A stretch of 64,000 bases of DNA from positions 2,365,666-2,429,665 of the forward strand of contig NW_003526943.1 of assembly GCF_000181795.1 (NCBI RefSeq), given 5' to 3'. A program made the position numbers and the translations under genes. The DNA is from Trichinella spiralis. Lineage: Eukaryota. Below are positions 25,912-38,083 of the stretch, in pieces (the first letter of the stretch is position 1; the number at the start of each line of letters is the position of its first letter). Below the pieces are notes generated by a model, which searched no databases, had not been told where the DNA came from, and saw only the letters and a list, made by a program, of their open reading frames with translations.

Positions 25912-26689
25912 TCACTTGTAACACACTGTTAAATCGATTGAATAGAAGCCAACATTAAACGAACCCAAATTGATCATCTGTTCAGTGGTGACCGTTTTGG
26001 GCTTCAATTCGGACCAATCGTCCGGGCATTCCACCTCACAGTCCGTGTAAGCGAAACAGTCGAATGAACCTGAAATATGAAAATTATTATTTTCAATCAA
26101 ATCAATTAATAAAATATTCATGTAACACAATTTGGAGGCAAAACTGGCAAAAACGGTGCTACGGTAGAAATTTTTCGAACAATAATCCGCAACTGTTCCT
26201 CAGGCGATTGCATTTGTTTTCTTTAAATGTGGAAATAGAAAAAATACAAAATTTAAAAATAATTGAACTGAACGCAAATAGCGTACGGTAAGTCACTTTT
26301 CAAAATTGTCCGCCGGAAGTAGAGATATTCGAAAATGCCAACATTCTAAAACATCTCGATCTTCTATTTTGCAAATTATACACGTGATCTTTTTTATGCA
26401 ATTCTTTTCAAACCATACTAAAAAATTTCAGAATGTAAAAGTGGAAGAGAAAAGAGAAAATATAAAAACTCATACATTTCATCTGTGAAAGAAATGCGTT
26501 GAAAAATTTCTCCACGACATCATTTTTGCATATCAAAACTGGCAAATCATATTTCAAGTTTCGTTCAAAATTTGAAATTTCATACAAGCTTCTCTGGTAT
26601 AAAATAACATTTAGGGAAAAATCTGAAAACCATTTTCTGTAAAACAATTTTTCCTCACCTCTTTTAACTTACGCAAATTTTATTAACAT
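25912..26689 (-). CDS. Divergent MAD2-like HORMA-domain protein; first exon uncertain
   Basis: Exons include about 26636-26476, 26417-26297, 26220-26129, 26069-25912: LNVILYQRSLY...FER..KYDLPVL; WFEKNCIKKI..VLECWHF; LRIIVRKISTVAPFLPVL..CSFDCFAYTD..CPDDWSE..LGSF..VCYK, collinear with MAD2. Confidence 0.75.
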
Positions 26690-27485
26690 CAAATTAAATA
26701 TTTTTATTAACAAAAAATCACATGATTTTCAATAGTTCTCTACATCAGAAAACACAACAATATATTTTTTTTAAATAATTAAATAAATAAATTCCTAACG
26801 TAAATGAAACAAATCAATTTCAACATTTATTGCATTGCTTCGTGAAAATATTATTACGGTGATATTGTTTTTTCAATGAATAAAAAAGATGAGAAGCTTA
26901 CAAAAATAATCACAGATGATTTCTAGAATTTTCTCATTCATATTTTACAATACGACGACGACCAGCAAATCAATACCAACCAAAATTGAAATACATAACA
27001 CAACATAGTATAAATGATTTTTAAGTTCTAACTTTTACAATTAACAATAGCAAAAATCAGTGAGCAATACTGCGAATTTTGAATAAATTAATAAGTAAGT
27101 TAAATGGCAAAAATTTTCTTGAAAATTATTTCTTTAATATCAACATTAAAAAAATAATTCTACTGCTACTGATAGCTGTTGAAGCATGTTCGAGCATTTT
27201 GATTTACAAATATTTTATACAGAATGTAAGGCAGAACACATAAAAGCTGCAGTGCATTATTATTACATTCTGCATATTATATGGAGTAATAATAATTCTA
27301 AATAATGTTCACTTTTTTACGTATGAAAAAGCAATATAACTGCTTATTGAACATTTTTTAAATAGAAATTTATTTTAAAACAACGATTGAACATTTTTTT
27401 GCAAACTGTTGACATTACTAAACATTTTAAACAACTGATTAACAAAATTGACAATTATGCGCTTGCTGCCTGGTGAGAGGAGAAT

Positions 27486-29272
27486 TTATTCGGCATTTTC
27501 TTCTGGCATAAAAATGTTGGTATATTTACGTAAACGATCTCTGACGCCCAAACGATGGCGCACCTTGTGAAAGCAGACTTCAGCCGTTGTTAACGTATTT
27601 CCTGTCGCCATCAATAAAAATACCAATGCTAAAACGCTTACCTAAAAGTGCGATATCGTTAAAAAAGAAATTTGTTTTTTATTCATATAAAAGTACAAAA
27701 TAAAAACTTAACCTGCCATTCCCGGCACTGGTATGTCTGGCTCAAATGGTAAAGTAAATATGCATTGTAGAGTTGAAACACGTAACCAATGATCAAAAAC
27801 GGCAACAAAAATGTCAAACCTCGAAACATCCACGTATGAAATCCTTCTAAAATTCGCTAATTTTAGTTAAATTATAAACCATTCAAAACATTTTATAAAT
27901 AATCATACCAAAATAACAAATATACCAACAACTAGAGCAAAGTTAATAATAATAATAATCATTTATAAAATAATTAAATTGAAACTTTTTTAACCAGCAA
28001 ATTGTACATTTTTAACTTGTAAAATTTAAAATTTATGTACTCTGTACCAGATTGCTTGAAGAACTGAAAATTCTGCTTACCAACTGTTATATCCATCGAA
28101 TGGCGCCTGCCTAATGCTTTTAAACGATATAAACAACCTCTTTGATACTGACATTGCAAAAATGTGACAAAACCTACAATTAATGCAATTTCATCTTGCT
28201 AAGTAAAGCAAATAATGTTGAAACACTGTTTCAACCAAAACTGCTTACTTATGTAAAATGAGAAAAGCAATATTTGCTTTCTAGAGTTTTGATAACATTC
28301 ACCATCCGGCCAAGTTAGCATAATACCAGAAAGTACAGCAGATGCATAATGATGAAAAAGCCACCATCCTTTTATTCTTAAATACAAAGATTTTTATGAA
28401 GTAGGCAGTATTCAAATATGTAGATAACAGCCTACCTGGAACCATTGCATCGTAATATGCTTTCACGAATTGTTAGAGTACAGTAATACCATACTAGAAA
28501 AAAGTTGTATGCTGCATCCAATACTCTGAAATGAAATGAAAAAATTCAAGCGAGAAAAAAAGCTACATGTCTGAAATATTTACCTCAAATGAACAAAGTA
28601 TACGATTGGTGCAAATACAAATAAAATAAGATTGACTCTAAGTTTGAACTTTTCATAGTCTTCTTTGTATCGAATCCTTGATATACGTTTCTTAACTTAA
28701 ATCTATTATAAATATTATCATCAAATGCTATACCTTTGCATTCTGTTTAATATTGAAACGCTGATATTGCCGAGAATAATGTTTAAGTAGATACTAGAAA
28801 AAATAATTTCATCAAAACCGATAAAATCAAAAGACATGAACTACCCGTTATTTTCACAAGGCAAATGGCTTAGCATTTCGTCAAAACGCATTTCATAGTT
28901 ATTCAGCTTGGAGAGCTCTGTTTTGCATTCTTCTTCATCCAAAATAGACCTAGAAAATATTATTTTTTATCGTAAACCTACAAGTTATACAGTGATTATT
29001 CGGCAAAAGAAACAAACAAACAGTTTTGTAATCTTTTTCAATTCCGACACTTCGTGTAACAAATGTGTCAAAGTTTTTCGAGCCGAAACTTGAAATTGAC
29101 CAACACTCGTCCGCATGGACAAGTGATCTTTGAATGATATCTAAATATTCAAAGTATGAATTCAAAATTACGCAACAACTCATTTTTAACAACATACTTC
29201 AAAATCCGAAACTCGAGACTGAAAATTACTCAGTGCTGTTCTGCAATCAGAAACTGATATTTGCAAATCCAT
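27486..29272 (-). CDS. TMEM120: Transmembrane protein 120 (TMEM120/TACAN family)
   Basis: Ten GT-AG exons; [88 protein letters not shown]. Confidence 0.95.
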
Positions 29273-30194
29273 CTCAGTATCACAAATTTAAAAAAATTTA
29301 CAGTTCTTAACAATTCGGAAGAACATTAATTTATACTGTAGATGTTACATGATAATGAAGTTAGGTAATAATTTTGTACATGCAAAATACAGTTAAGGTG
29401 TAAAATTATTTCATCATTAGTAATAAATAATTTCATTATTTGAAATAAAATATTAGCAAAAATGTAATTTTCTTGGTAAATAAAGTTTTAGAATTTTCAT
29501 TTATTCAAATTGGTAAATAAAATTCAACAAAAGTTTTTATTTAAAAAATACATGACAGTCTTTTTATGAACAAGATTTGACAAAATATTTGCTTTTGCGA
29601 TTTTACATTCAAAATTTTAAGCTGTCATTAATATATACATTCAAAATAGAGATATTTATTGGAATTTTTTAATTAAACAAATTAAAATAGAAATGTGAAT
29701 AATTATTCAATTTTAGAAAGTTTTAATTTTACAATAGCCATAAACATTAATACATACTGATTTTTAATAATGACAGTATGACAAAATGTTCCAGGTGTTC
29801 GAGAAGAGAAAATTTTCCCTATTTGAGCAATTTGACAACTTTATTACATTTTCCAATATGTTTTTGAAAATTTTCAATAATTTCAAAAAGATGTATCTTA
29901 CTTTCTACGAAATCACACTAGTAAAAGTGGAAATATTTTATATTTTAATTTCTTGAACATTTTGTTAATGTTATTGAGTGCATGAAAGTTTTTTTTTGAT
30001 TTCAAATTACAATTATTCATGGTTTTTTTTTCATTTATGAAATTTTGTTGTGTTTTTAAGAAGTAATTTTTGAAGAGTGTAAACTGTTGAATTTCTTATT
30101 TGTATTTCGATTTGTGAGATTTGTATTTGTGAATTGCATAATTTTCATTGCTGATCGGTTTTGAAATGATTGAAGATGTTGTCATTTTAGCACG

Positions 30195-33171
30195 ATGGAA
30201 TCTCCAAATGTGGTGGAATTGGTGACCGTTTGGTTCCGTCAGGTGAAGTGAGTGATTTTTTCATTTGGTTGTGATCAAGTGGTGATTGGGAAAATCTGCT
30301 TGCAGGGACAAGTTGAAAAATTTCAACGAAATGGACAATGTCGAATTGGGACGCTGTTTGCGCAGTTTGCGTGCTCGTTTGAAAAGCTACCACGAGCTGA
30401 GCTTGTTTTCGTTCGGCGACAGTGTCGAATTGTTCGTCTACATCTGGCGTTGTTATGTGACCAGAATCGAAGATAGCGTCTTTTTTGGAAAGCAGTCGTC
30501 GAGTGAAGAATATCCAGACTATGAAGTGGTGAAGGAGCTGGTGACGATATTTTCGAACAGCGTGGCTTTGAACCGCCACGCGGCGGGGCAGATTTTACAC
30601 TACGACGAGTCGGTGTTCACCAACTCGAAGCGGCTTTTGTCGTTGAGTTCCATTCCAGCCGGCGTTGTGGCCAAAGTGATCCGTCTGCTGGCGGTACTGT
30701 GCGGTCAGTGTCCGGCAGCGGTGACCAATCTGTGCTGGTCGTACAGGGAAATTTTCTCGTCGACACTCGGCTGGCTTTTGGTGACGGATTTTCCCGCTCA
30801 TTATTACAAATTCGGTGTCCACTTGTTGCGTTTCGCCGTCGAGTTGAACAACAACCAGCTGCTTGTCTACTTGGAACAAGCCGGCTTGGCACGGGTTTTT
30901 GCCACCTTGTACAGCTTGGTTGAGTTGCAGTTGAGGGTGAAAATTTCGAAAACGTTTATTCTGCTCGTTCGTGCCAACGGACCCAAGGAGTGGATTCGGG
31001 AAATTGTCGGCGACGTGGGATTTTTGCCCGCGTTCATGGACGAATTGACCAGTGACCAGTGCGAATCGAAGCAGCTGCTCGAAATCAACCGCACCTTGTT
31101 GCACCATTTGATGATTTACGATTCTGAGGTTCGAGTCGAATTGAGCAAGTGTGGTGGGATTGAGTATTTTTTGAAAATTTGCCAACAATCCGACAATTCG
31201 ACGTCAATATCCGAAAATGCGCGCTTTTTGTCCTTGTTCACCACGTCGGCTATGGGCAGGCTGAAGTTGCGTCAGTCGAACGCTTTGGATTATTTGGCTT
31301 GGACGTTCGAACAGACCACAGACTGCGGCTTGTTGGAATTTCTGGTCCACGCATTTTCCCGTTTGGTCTACGACGAACAGGGCAGTGCGGTTCTATTCCG
31401 GCGGTCGAATTTTCGTCAGAAATTATTGAAATGCGTCCAACTTTGCATTAGCAAGGAAATTTCCAATCGTCTGGAATTGAACGGCGGCGGTCGAGCGATG
31501 GACAGTCACGGAGAAGTGAACAGTGGGATGTGGTCATCTTTGTTATTGGTCGGTAACAGCGACAACAACAACGACAGTGGTCATTGTACAATGGTCAGTC
31601 AGTTGTTGAAGAACGTGGACGAGGAGGAATTTTTTCTCCAACCTTCGCCAGCTTTGTCACCGTTGTCCGACACGATCAGCTATCCGACCACACCCGACGA
31701 CCAGTGCTATTACAGTGACACGCCGGGCACTGGGGACAACTTGGAACGTTCGTCGGATCAGCCGACCGACGAGACGATCATCACAGTCGAACAGTTGTCC
31801 ACTCATGGACTGAAAGAGGAAGAACTTTACCTGGGCAAATGTACGCACAACGTGCAACTGTTGGACGACTTGAAGCAACTGTACGCCTCGGAATCGGGCG
31901 TTGGTCGAAATTTTGACGGTTCAGCGGCGGAAGCGGAAACCCGATTCAACACCGACCGGATGTTGAAGTCATCGTTGGAGTTGCTCTCGTGCGCCTACTA
32001 CGTCGGGCCGTACGCGTTCAGTTTGTGCAGCGTAGCCGCTTGGCAAGCTCTGCTCGCCGTGGCCGTGCTCAGCGATTCGGTACCCAAAAGCTTATCCTGC
32101 CTGATGCGCAGTATCCTGTCCGACCGGACACTGCTCGACGCGTTGGTGGAAAACGAAATTTACGCCCTTGTATTCAGGTATTTTTGCTTTCACCGCGACG
32201 ACCAGTGTCCACGTTGCTCGACGTTGTGCGAACTGGGCAAGACGTTGTTGTACGTGTTCGGCGAAGATTCGGAGACGAACTTCGTCTCGAAATCGCTGAT
32301 CGACTTCTACTCGTTCGGCAGTGACAAGTTGAAATTGTCCGCTATGCTGGTCGTACCTTACATCCGGCGTCGGAACAAGTTGCTTCGGAAAACTTGGCAA
32401 CGTCCCGACAGTTTGGATTTGGTCTGCGAGGCGTGGCTGGTCAACGTCGACCGTCCTGAACGATTGAAAGTGATTTTCACGTCGATGTCGTTGTTGGTCA
32501 AGCAACTTCTACTGGTGGACAAATCCGACCCGAAGTCCACTTTCGACATCGATCACCGCAAGCAGCAGCAGCAGCAGCAGGTTGGTTGGGGAACGTGCAC
32601 GTTGGCCCCGATCACTGCCGATTTGACCACTGTCCAGTTTGTGCATCCGCAGTCGGGCAGGGCAGTGGCCGCGAGCAAAGAGATTCTGTCGAATCGAAGC
32701 CAGTACTTTTTTGCCATGTTCAGCAACGGCAACTTCGTCGAATCGAAAATGTCGATCGTCGAGCTCGACTGTCTCGACTACAGCGTCGACGCTTTTGAAC
32801 AGTTTGTCCACTTTTTGCACGGCTGTTCGAATTGTCCGAAAATGGACGTCGACTCGTTGAATCGCTATTTCGAACTGCTCCACTTGGCCGTGTCGAGATG
32901 TTGCGTGGATTTTGTCGACTTTTTGCATCGTCAACTTGGCAAATTTTTGGATCCGACCAGCGTCGGCGATATTCTCACTTTTGCCCTTTGCCATTGCCAT
33001 TCGAACTTTGTCGACCCTTGCCTGGAGCTGTTGTTCAAGACCCACCTGAACCAGGATGCGGATCGCGTTGTGACCGTTGTCCGGCAGGTCAGATCAGCTC
33101 GACTGACCGACGAACTTGCCCAAGCGGTTCGTCGTTATTTGGAAGCGTTGTTGTTGAATGCTTGTTCTTGA
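30195..33171 (+). CDS. ARMC5: Armadillo-repeat + C-terminal BTB protein (ARMC5-like)
   Basis: Short exon 30195-30247 (gtgagt donor, phase 2) spliced to a 2.9 kb exon from 30306. Helical ARM-like N-terminus (RVELSKCGGIEYFL, GRLKLRQSNAL); BTB (VAASKEILSNRSQYFFAMFSNGNFVES..FVHFLHGC) at the C-terminus. Confidence 0.72.
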
Positions 33172-33717
33172 CCAACAAGCATGTTCAATTTGATTTTTCA
33201 GCTCGTCTGCTCAAACGTCTGTTTATTGTTTAAACCAACAACAACAACAACGGGTGATCATGAGAAATATATATATATATTTTGGATTTAGCACAAGTTA
33301 AAAATAATGCTTTCTTCCGTGGAAATGGTAGATTAAATTCTTCACTAGCACAGCTAGACTGGACTGTATCTGACAACAACTGTTTAAATAACAAATTCCA
33401 CTGAACCAACCAACTGACGTTTTAGGCTTTTCAAGACGATCATAATTTTCTACAATTCTTCGATTCTCTTCTGAATGCGAACACAAACACACACACACAC
33501 ATATTAATTAATTAATTTATTTATTTATTAAATGAGAAAACAACAAATTTAAAAACAACATCGGTGATTCGATTGCAAAATGAACAACAAATGAATTCTT
33601 TTTTTTAGCTAACTGCAAAAACAATAACTTCAATATTATAACGTTAATTATATTATTTAACAAAATGGATAAATATTAGAAATATTTGAAATTTCTTTCT
33701 CATTATGCAGAAGAATC

Positions 33718-35111
33718 TTATTCTTTCTCCTGCATTTCCGCCGAATACGATGCTGTGGAAAATGACACCGAAGCGGATTGTTCATTATTTTTCAATTCTG
33801 CATCGTTCAATTTCGCGTAAAGCTGGACAAAATATTCAGGCGGTTCATAATGGGCAGCTCTGCCAGGCATTCGATGAACAGGTATCGTTAAATGACAATT
33901 ATGATGCAGAAATTCGGCAATAAATTTCAACGTCTGCTTGTTATTCGATACATTATTGTGTGAAGCCCCTGGAATCACTACCGGCGCGGATGTAACTGGA
34001 CAATTTTCGGCCAGTTTAATTGCATGGGTCAGATTGAACATCTCATCATTCGCACCGTGCAAGATCAAAGTCGGAAATTTCACATTTTTTATTTTCGACG
34101 AACTGAAAAATAGAAAAAAATCATCTTTTTCTCTCCCTCCCTCTCTTCGAATTCACCATGCTGCAAACTCACTTGCAAAGCCTATCCTTAAAGCAGTTCC
34201 ACTTGGAATTTGAACAAATCGCACCGTAGGCCGAAGTGAACGCCGAAATGACAATCAAACAGCCCACTTCTTTTCTCGAAGCTAAATCTATCGCTGGAAC
34301 AGTGCCAATGGAAATTCCAATCAAAATTATTTTCTTTGGTGGTATTTTCAATTCGGTTGTCATATATTTGTAAACAAGGTCGTGAGAACGATACAGACCA
34401 TTTTCCGTAGGGCGACCTTTACTCAATCCATAACCTGGATAATCGTACATAAATACATCTATTCCAAAATTTCTGCACAACAAATCCGCATATTCCATTC
34501 CTAAAGCCATATCGCAAGCATTCAACTGAAACAAATATTTATTTATCGAAGAGCAATGCAATGTTGTTGAATGTTTGATTTTTTTTTGAAATATTCATTT
34601 CTTTCTTACATGAGAAAGTATAACGAACATCGGTGCCGGTTGACGAAAAGTATTTCTCATGTGCACACAAGCTATGCACATCGACGGTGGAGATTCTAAA
34701 TAGAAACCGTCACTTTGTTGAAGCATTCTTTCCACCTTGTCAACAGAGATGTGGGAAGCGATGGATGGCATTATCGTGACAAAATATTTCAATGGGTTCG
34801 TTTCTTCTCTCTTTCTCACAAATTGATATTCACTAGTTACGGGTGGCCTGCAATTGCATCCAATATAACTGATATCACTGAAGCGATGTCGATCCACAAT
34901 TCACTTACCCGAACGCAATGCAATTCAATAGACACGAAGGAATTGGCAAACGGAACGCTTTGATAGCACTGAATGCGTTCGTCAAAAATGAGGGAAATTT
35001 AAATTTCCTCTTATTGCGTTTCGCTTTTTTAGGTTTTGTCGACTTGACCACATTGTCAGAAGTCGTGGCGTTTTCTGGCAACTGTTCTTCAGCTTTCGGA
35101 TCTTTGTCCAT
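33718..35111 (-). CDS. Alpha/beta hydrolase, ABHD17-like (divergent)
   Basis: Four exons; IAFGPP, YDYPGYGLSKGRPTENGLY, nucleophile GISIGTVP, LILHGANDE, GASHNN (Ser-Asp-His triad). Confidence 0.85.
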
Positions 35112-37504
35112 ACTGTTCGCAAAAACCAACCTGAACACTGAAAATGTTGTTGCTGAAGTTTGCCGAGTGGATATTGTTCAAAATAAAATTTTAAAGTTAA
35201 ACTTTTAATGATAAAAATGTTTAATTTTTGTTTAATGTAATTTAAACTAATTTTGTAACACTTTAAAATGTTTGGTGGATTTTAGAAAATTTGTCAATGA
35301 GCAATGTACAGTAGGAAATTTTGAAGTTCTGCAATTATTCAAGTTGCATTTTTATTATAAATTAAATTGCACAATTTTATTATTTTGTTTTCATAATGAT
35401 AAAAATAAAACAATTTTGTTAAAAATAAAAAAGTGCTACATTTCAAAGAATTGCGAAAAATTGTACATGAACAATTATTACAAATGAAGAAATTGAATCA
35501 TTTTATTAATAATATTTTTTGTGAAATTATTCGTGATATATTTGAAATAATTTTTAAAAAATGCTTGAAATTTATTGTTAAATTCAATCAATTCAAACGT
35601 GAATAAGGTACGTGAGAATGTTTGCTTTTCGAACGTCAGCAAGTATGATTTAGTTTAGTAAAAATTTGAAAGAGAAAGAAATAATAAAATTTTTTTCTTC
35701 ATCTTTCAAAAGCAAAGCAAAGCTGCGCAATTGTTCATTAATGCCAATTTGAATGTTTTGAGCTTTCAAATTTGAAAAAAGAACGAATTTGCCAACATGC
35801 GGAGGAGTTGAATCCTAATCGACGGTAAACAAGATTAAAGCTTTGTCAAGAGTGAAGGAAAATTGGTTAGCTGAAAATTTTTCATCAAATCAGTGTTACA
35901 AGCTTGATCGATAATGAAAAAATAAAAAATCCAAATGGAACAAGAGCAAAACATGCGGATCAGATTGTGAAAATATTTTTTTGGAAAAATTGTAATAATG
36001 TAAAATTCTACATATATAAATATAATTTCATTGCAATTGATAATTTATTATTGGACAACAGAAATTATATTTTTGTTCCAATTTTCCAAGCATTATCGGT
36101 TAAAAGTTGCTTTTTTAAACAGCTTCTTCACTTGTAAATAGTTAATTTGAAATTCAGGAAATTGCCAAATTGATATACTACCATTAAGAACAGTAGATTT
36201 AAGCAGAAATTACTGCAATTTGTGTGTTCAAATTTGAGCAATAAAATTTAATGGAATTCATTTGACCATCTCTTGTGCGTTTTAGTACCGATTGAAAATT
36301 TTCAATTTTATTACGACGTCAAATGCTGATGCTGATCATCTTCGATGACGTAAAGTGGAACATATTTTAGCAAAGCAAAACTAGAACATCTTTTTCGCTT
36401 TGAAATTTTAGTTTAATAAAAATTTAAATTTAATAAATAAATAAATAAATAATTTTGATGTTTTCATTTGGGATAATATGATGATTTGCAACGTTAGAGA
36501 GAATAATTGTTCTACGCAATATTAAAACGGAGCAGCTGTCAACTGCTCACACATGCATAACACGTCAGTGATGAACAATTTGTTTTCTATTGAATGTGAA
36601 TGAAAAAGATTGAAATAAATCTGCATCAAATTTGCAATATTACTTTTTCAAATTATTTTCAATCAGTTTATTTATTCTGGATGAAAAAGTTTCACAAAAT
36701 AGGACAAAAGTATGAAATGGAATTTCACATTACAAAAACAAGCAAATTGCATTCCGAGATTCATTCCAGTTGACAGTATGAATTTGTGCTTACAGAATGC
36801 TTAAAGTTGTTATTGTTTACCGACTTAGCCCGTTAACGATTTGATGATATTCGACAAAAGAGCAACGGCCCGTGCTTCAATTAGTCATCGTACATTCCAA
36901 ACTAAACCAAGCTGGTCAAGGTTGTCACCCATGGCTATCATCTCAGGTCAAGGCATTGGTCATTGTCACATAATACAAATTATGCATTTTGTTAAATTTT
37001 AATTTTTACAATTGCAAATGCTCAATTGCAATTGCATAAACAAGAAAATGAATATATTTCATCATCATTTTTCTGTTATTGCAATTGACAATTGGTCTCT
37101 CAATCTATCTGCATATAAGTATATATGCACAGATATTAATAGGCGTCTGTGAGTATGTGTGCACAGGTACAGTTTGTATACATATATATATGTGTGTGTG
37201 CGTGTATGTGTGTATGTGTGTAGATGAATTTAAATCATCAACGTGCAATGTGCATGTATGCATGTGTGAAACAGAGGAGCGCTGTTGTTGTTACATGACG
37301 AAAACTCGTTTGGTCGCTTTAGTAACACACGCAATTGGCTGCAGCCAGTCGTTGCCAGTTGAATGAATTGACGATGCATTGCTTGTCTTTTTCAAAAATC
37401 GTTCTCTTCGTTCTCTGACGCGTTCCGTAGCAATTGCACAATTGTTTTGTTATAAGCGTGCAGATATTTAGTAATATAATTTTCAACTACTTCTTCAGCT
37501 AAAT

Positions 37505-38083
37505 ATGCCCATACGAGAAAAACGGATACCAATTCAACGAAGTGATTACAATGTTGTGGATCGAGAATTTGACAGCATGCGCGAAAGGTTCGAAGTCGAG
37601 ATGCGCAGAGTTGAAGAAGAGATGGCAAGGCTGAGACGCGAATTCGAAGGATACACGCCGAAAATGTCGCCAACAGGCAGAACTGAACCGGATGCATTTT
37701 TCCCAAGTCCGGGCGTGGACCATGCACCGGCTTTGAAGCGCTACGATCCATACTTGGAGAACATTAATTCGCCGTTGATCAAGGATGAATCCGACGGTAA
37801 AACGTTGCGTTTGCGTTTCGACGTTTCCCAGTACAAGCCGGAAGAGGTGAACGTGAAAACTGTCGACAATCGTCTACTGGTCCACGCTAAGCACGAAGAG
37901 AAAAGCCAGCAACGTACAGTATACAGAGAATACAACCAAGAGTTCATGCTACCCCGTGGCACGGATGCAGAATTGATCACGAGCACACTTTCAGTCGACG
38001 GTATTCTCACCGTCCAAGCCCCTCTACCGGCCGTCGAGGCACCACCCCCTTCTGGACGTCGTGTACCAATCACTCACAACTGA
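37505..38083 (+). CDS. Small heat-shock protein (alpha-crystallin domain)
   Basis: Single exon; LRLRFDVSQYKPEEVNVKTVDNRLLVHAKHEEK..REYNQEFMLP..ITSTLSVDGILTVQAP, C-terminal VPI motif. Confidence 0.95.
   Translation: MPIREKRIPIQRSDYNVVDREFDSMRERFEVEMRRVEEEMARLRREFEGYTPKMSPTGRTEPDAFFPSPGVDHAPALKRYDPYLENINSPLIKDESDGKTLRLRFDVSQYKPEEVNVKTVDNRLLVHAKHEEKSQQRTVYREYNQEFMLPRGTDAELITSTLSVDGILTVQAPLPAVEAPPPSGRRVPITHN

Noticed and set aside
30187..33233. Long antisense and alternate-frame ORFs within ARMC5-like (also within PLAA, HSP and IL-17)
   Set aside because: Shadows of GC-rich coding sequence
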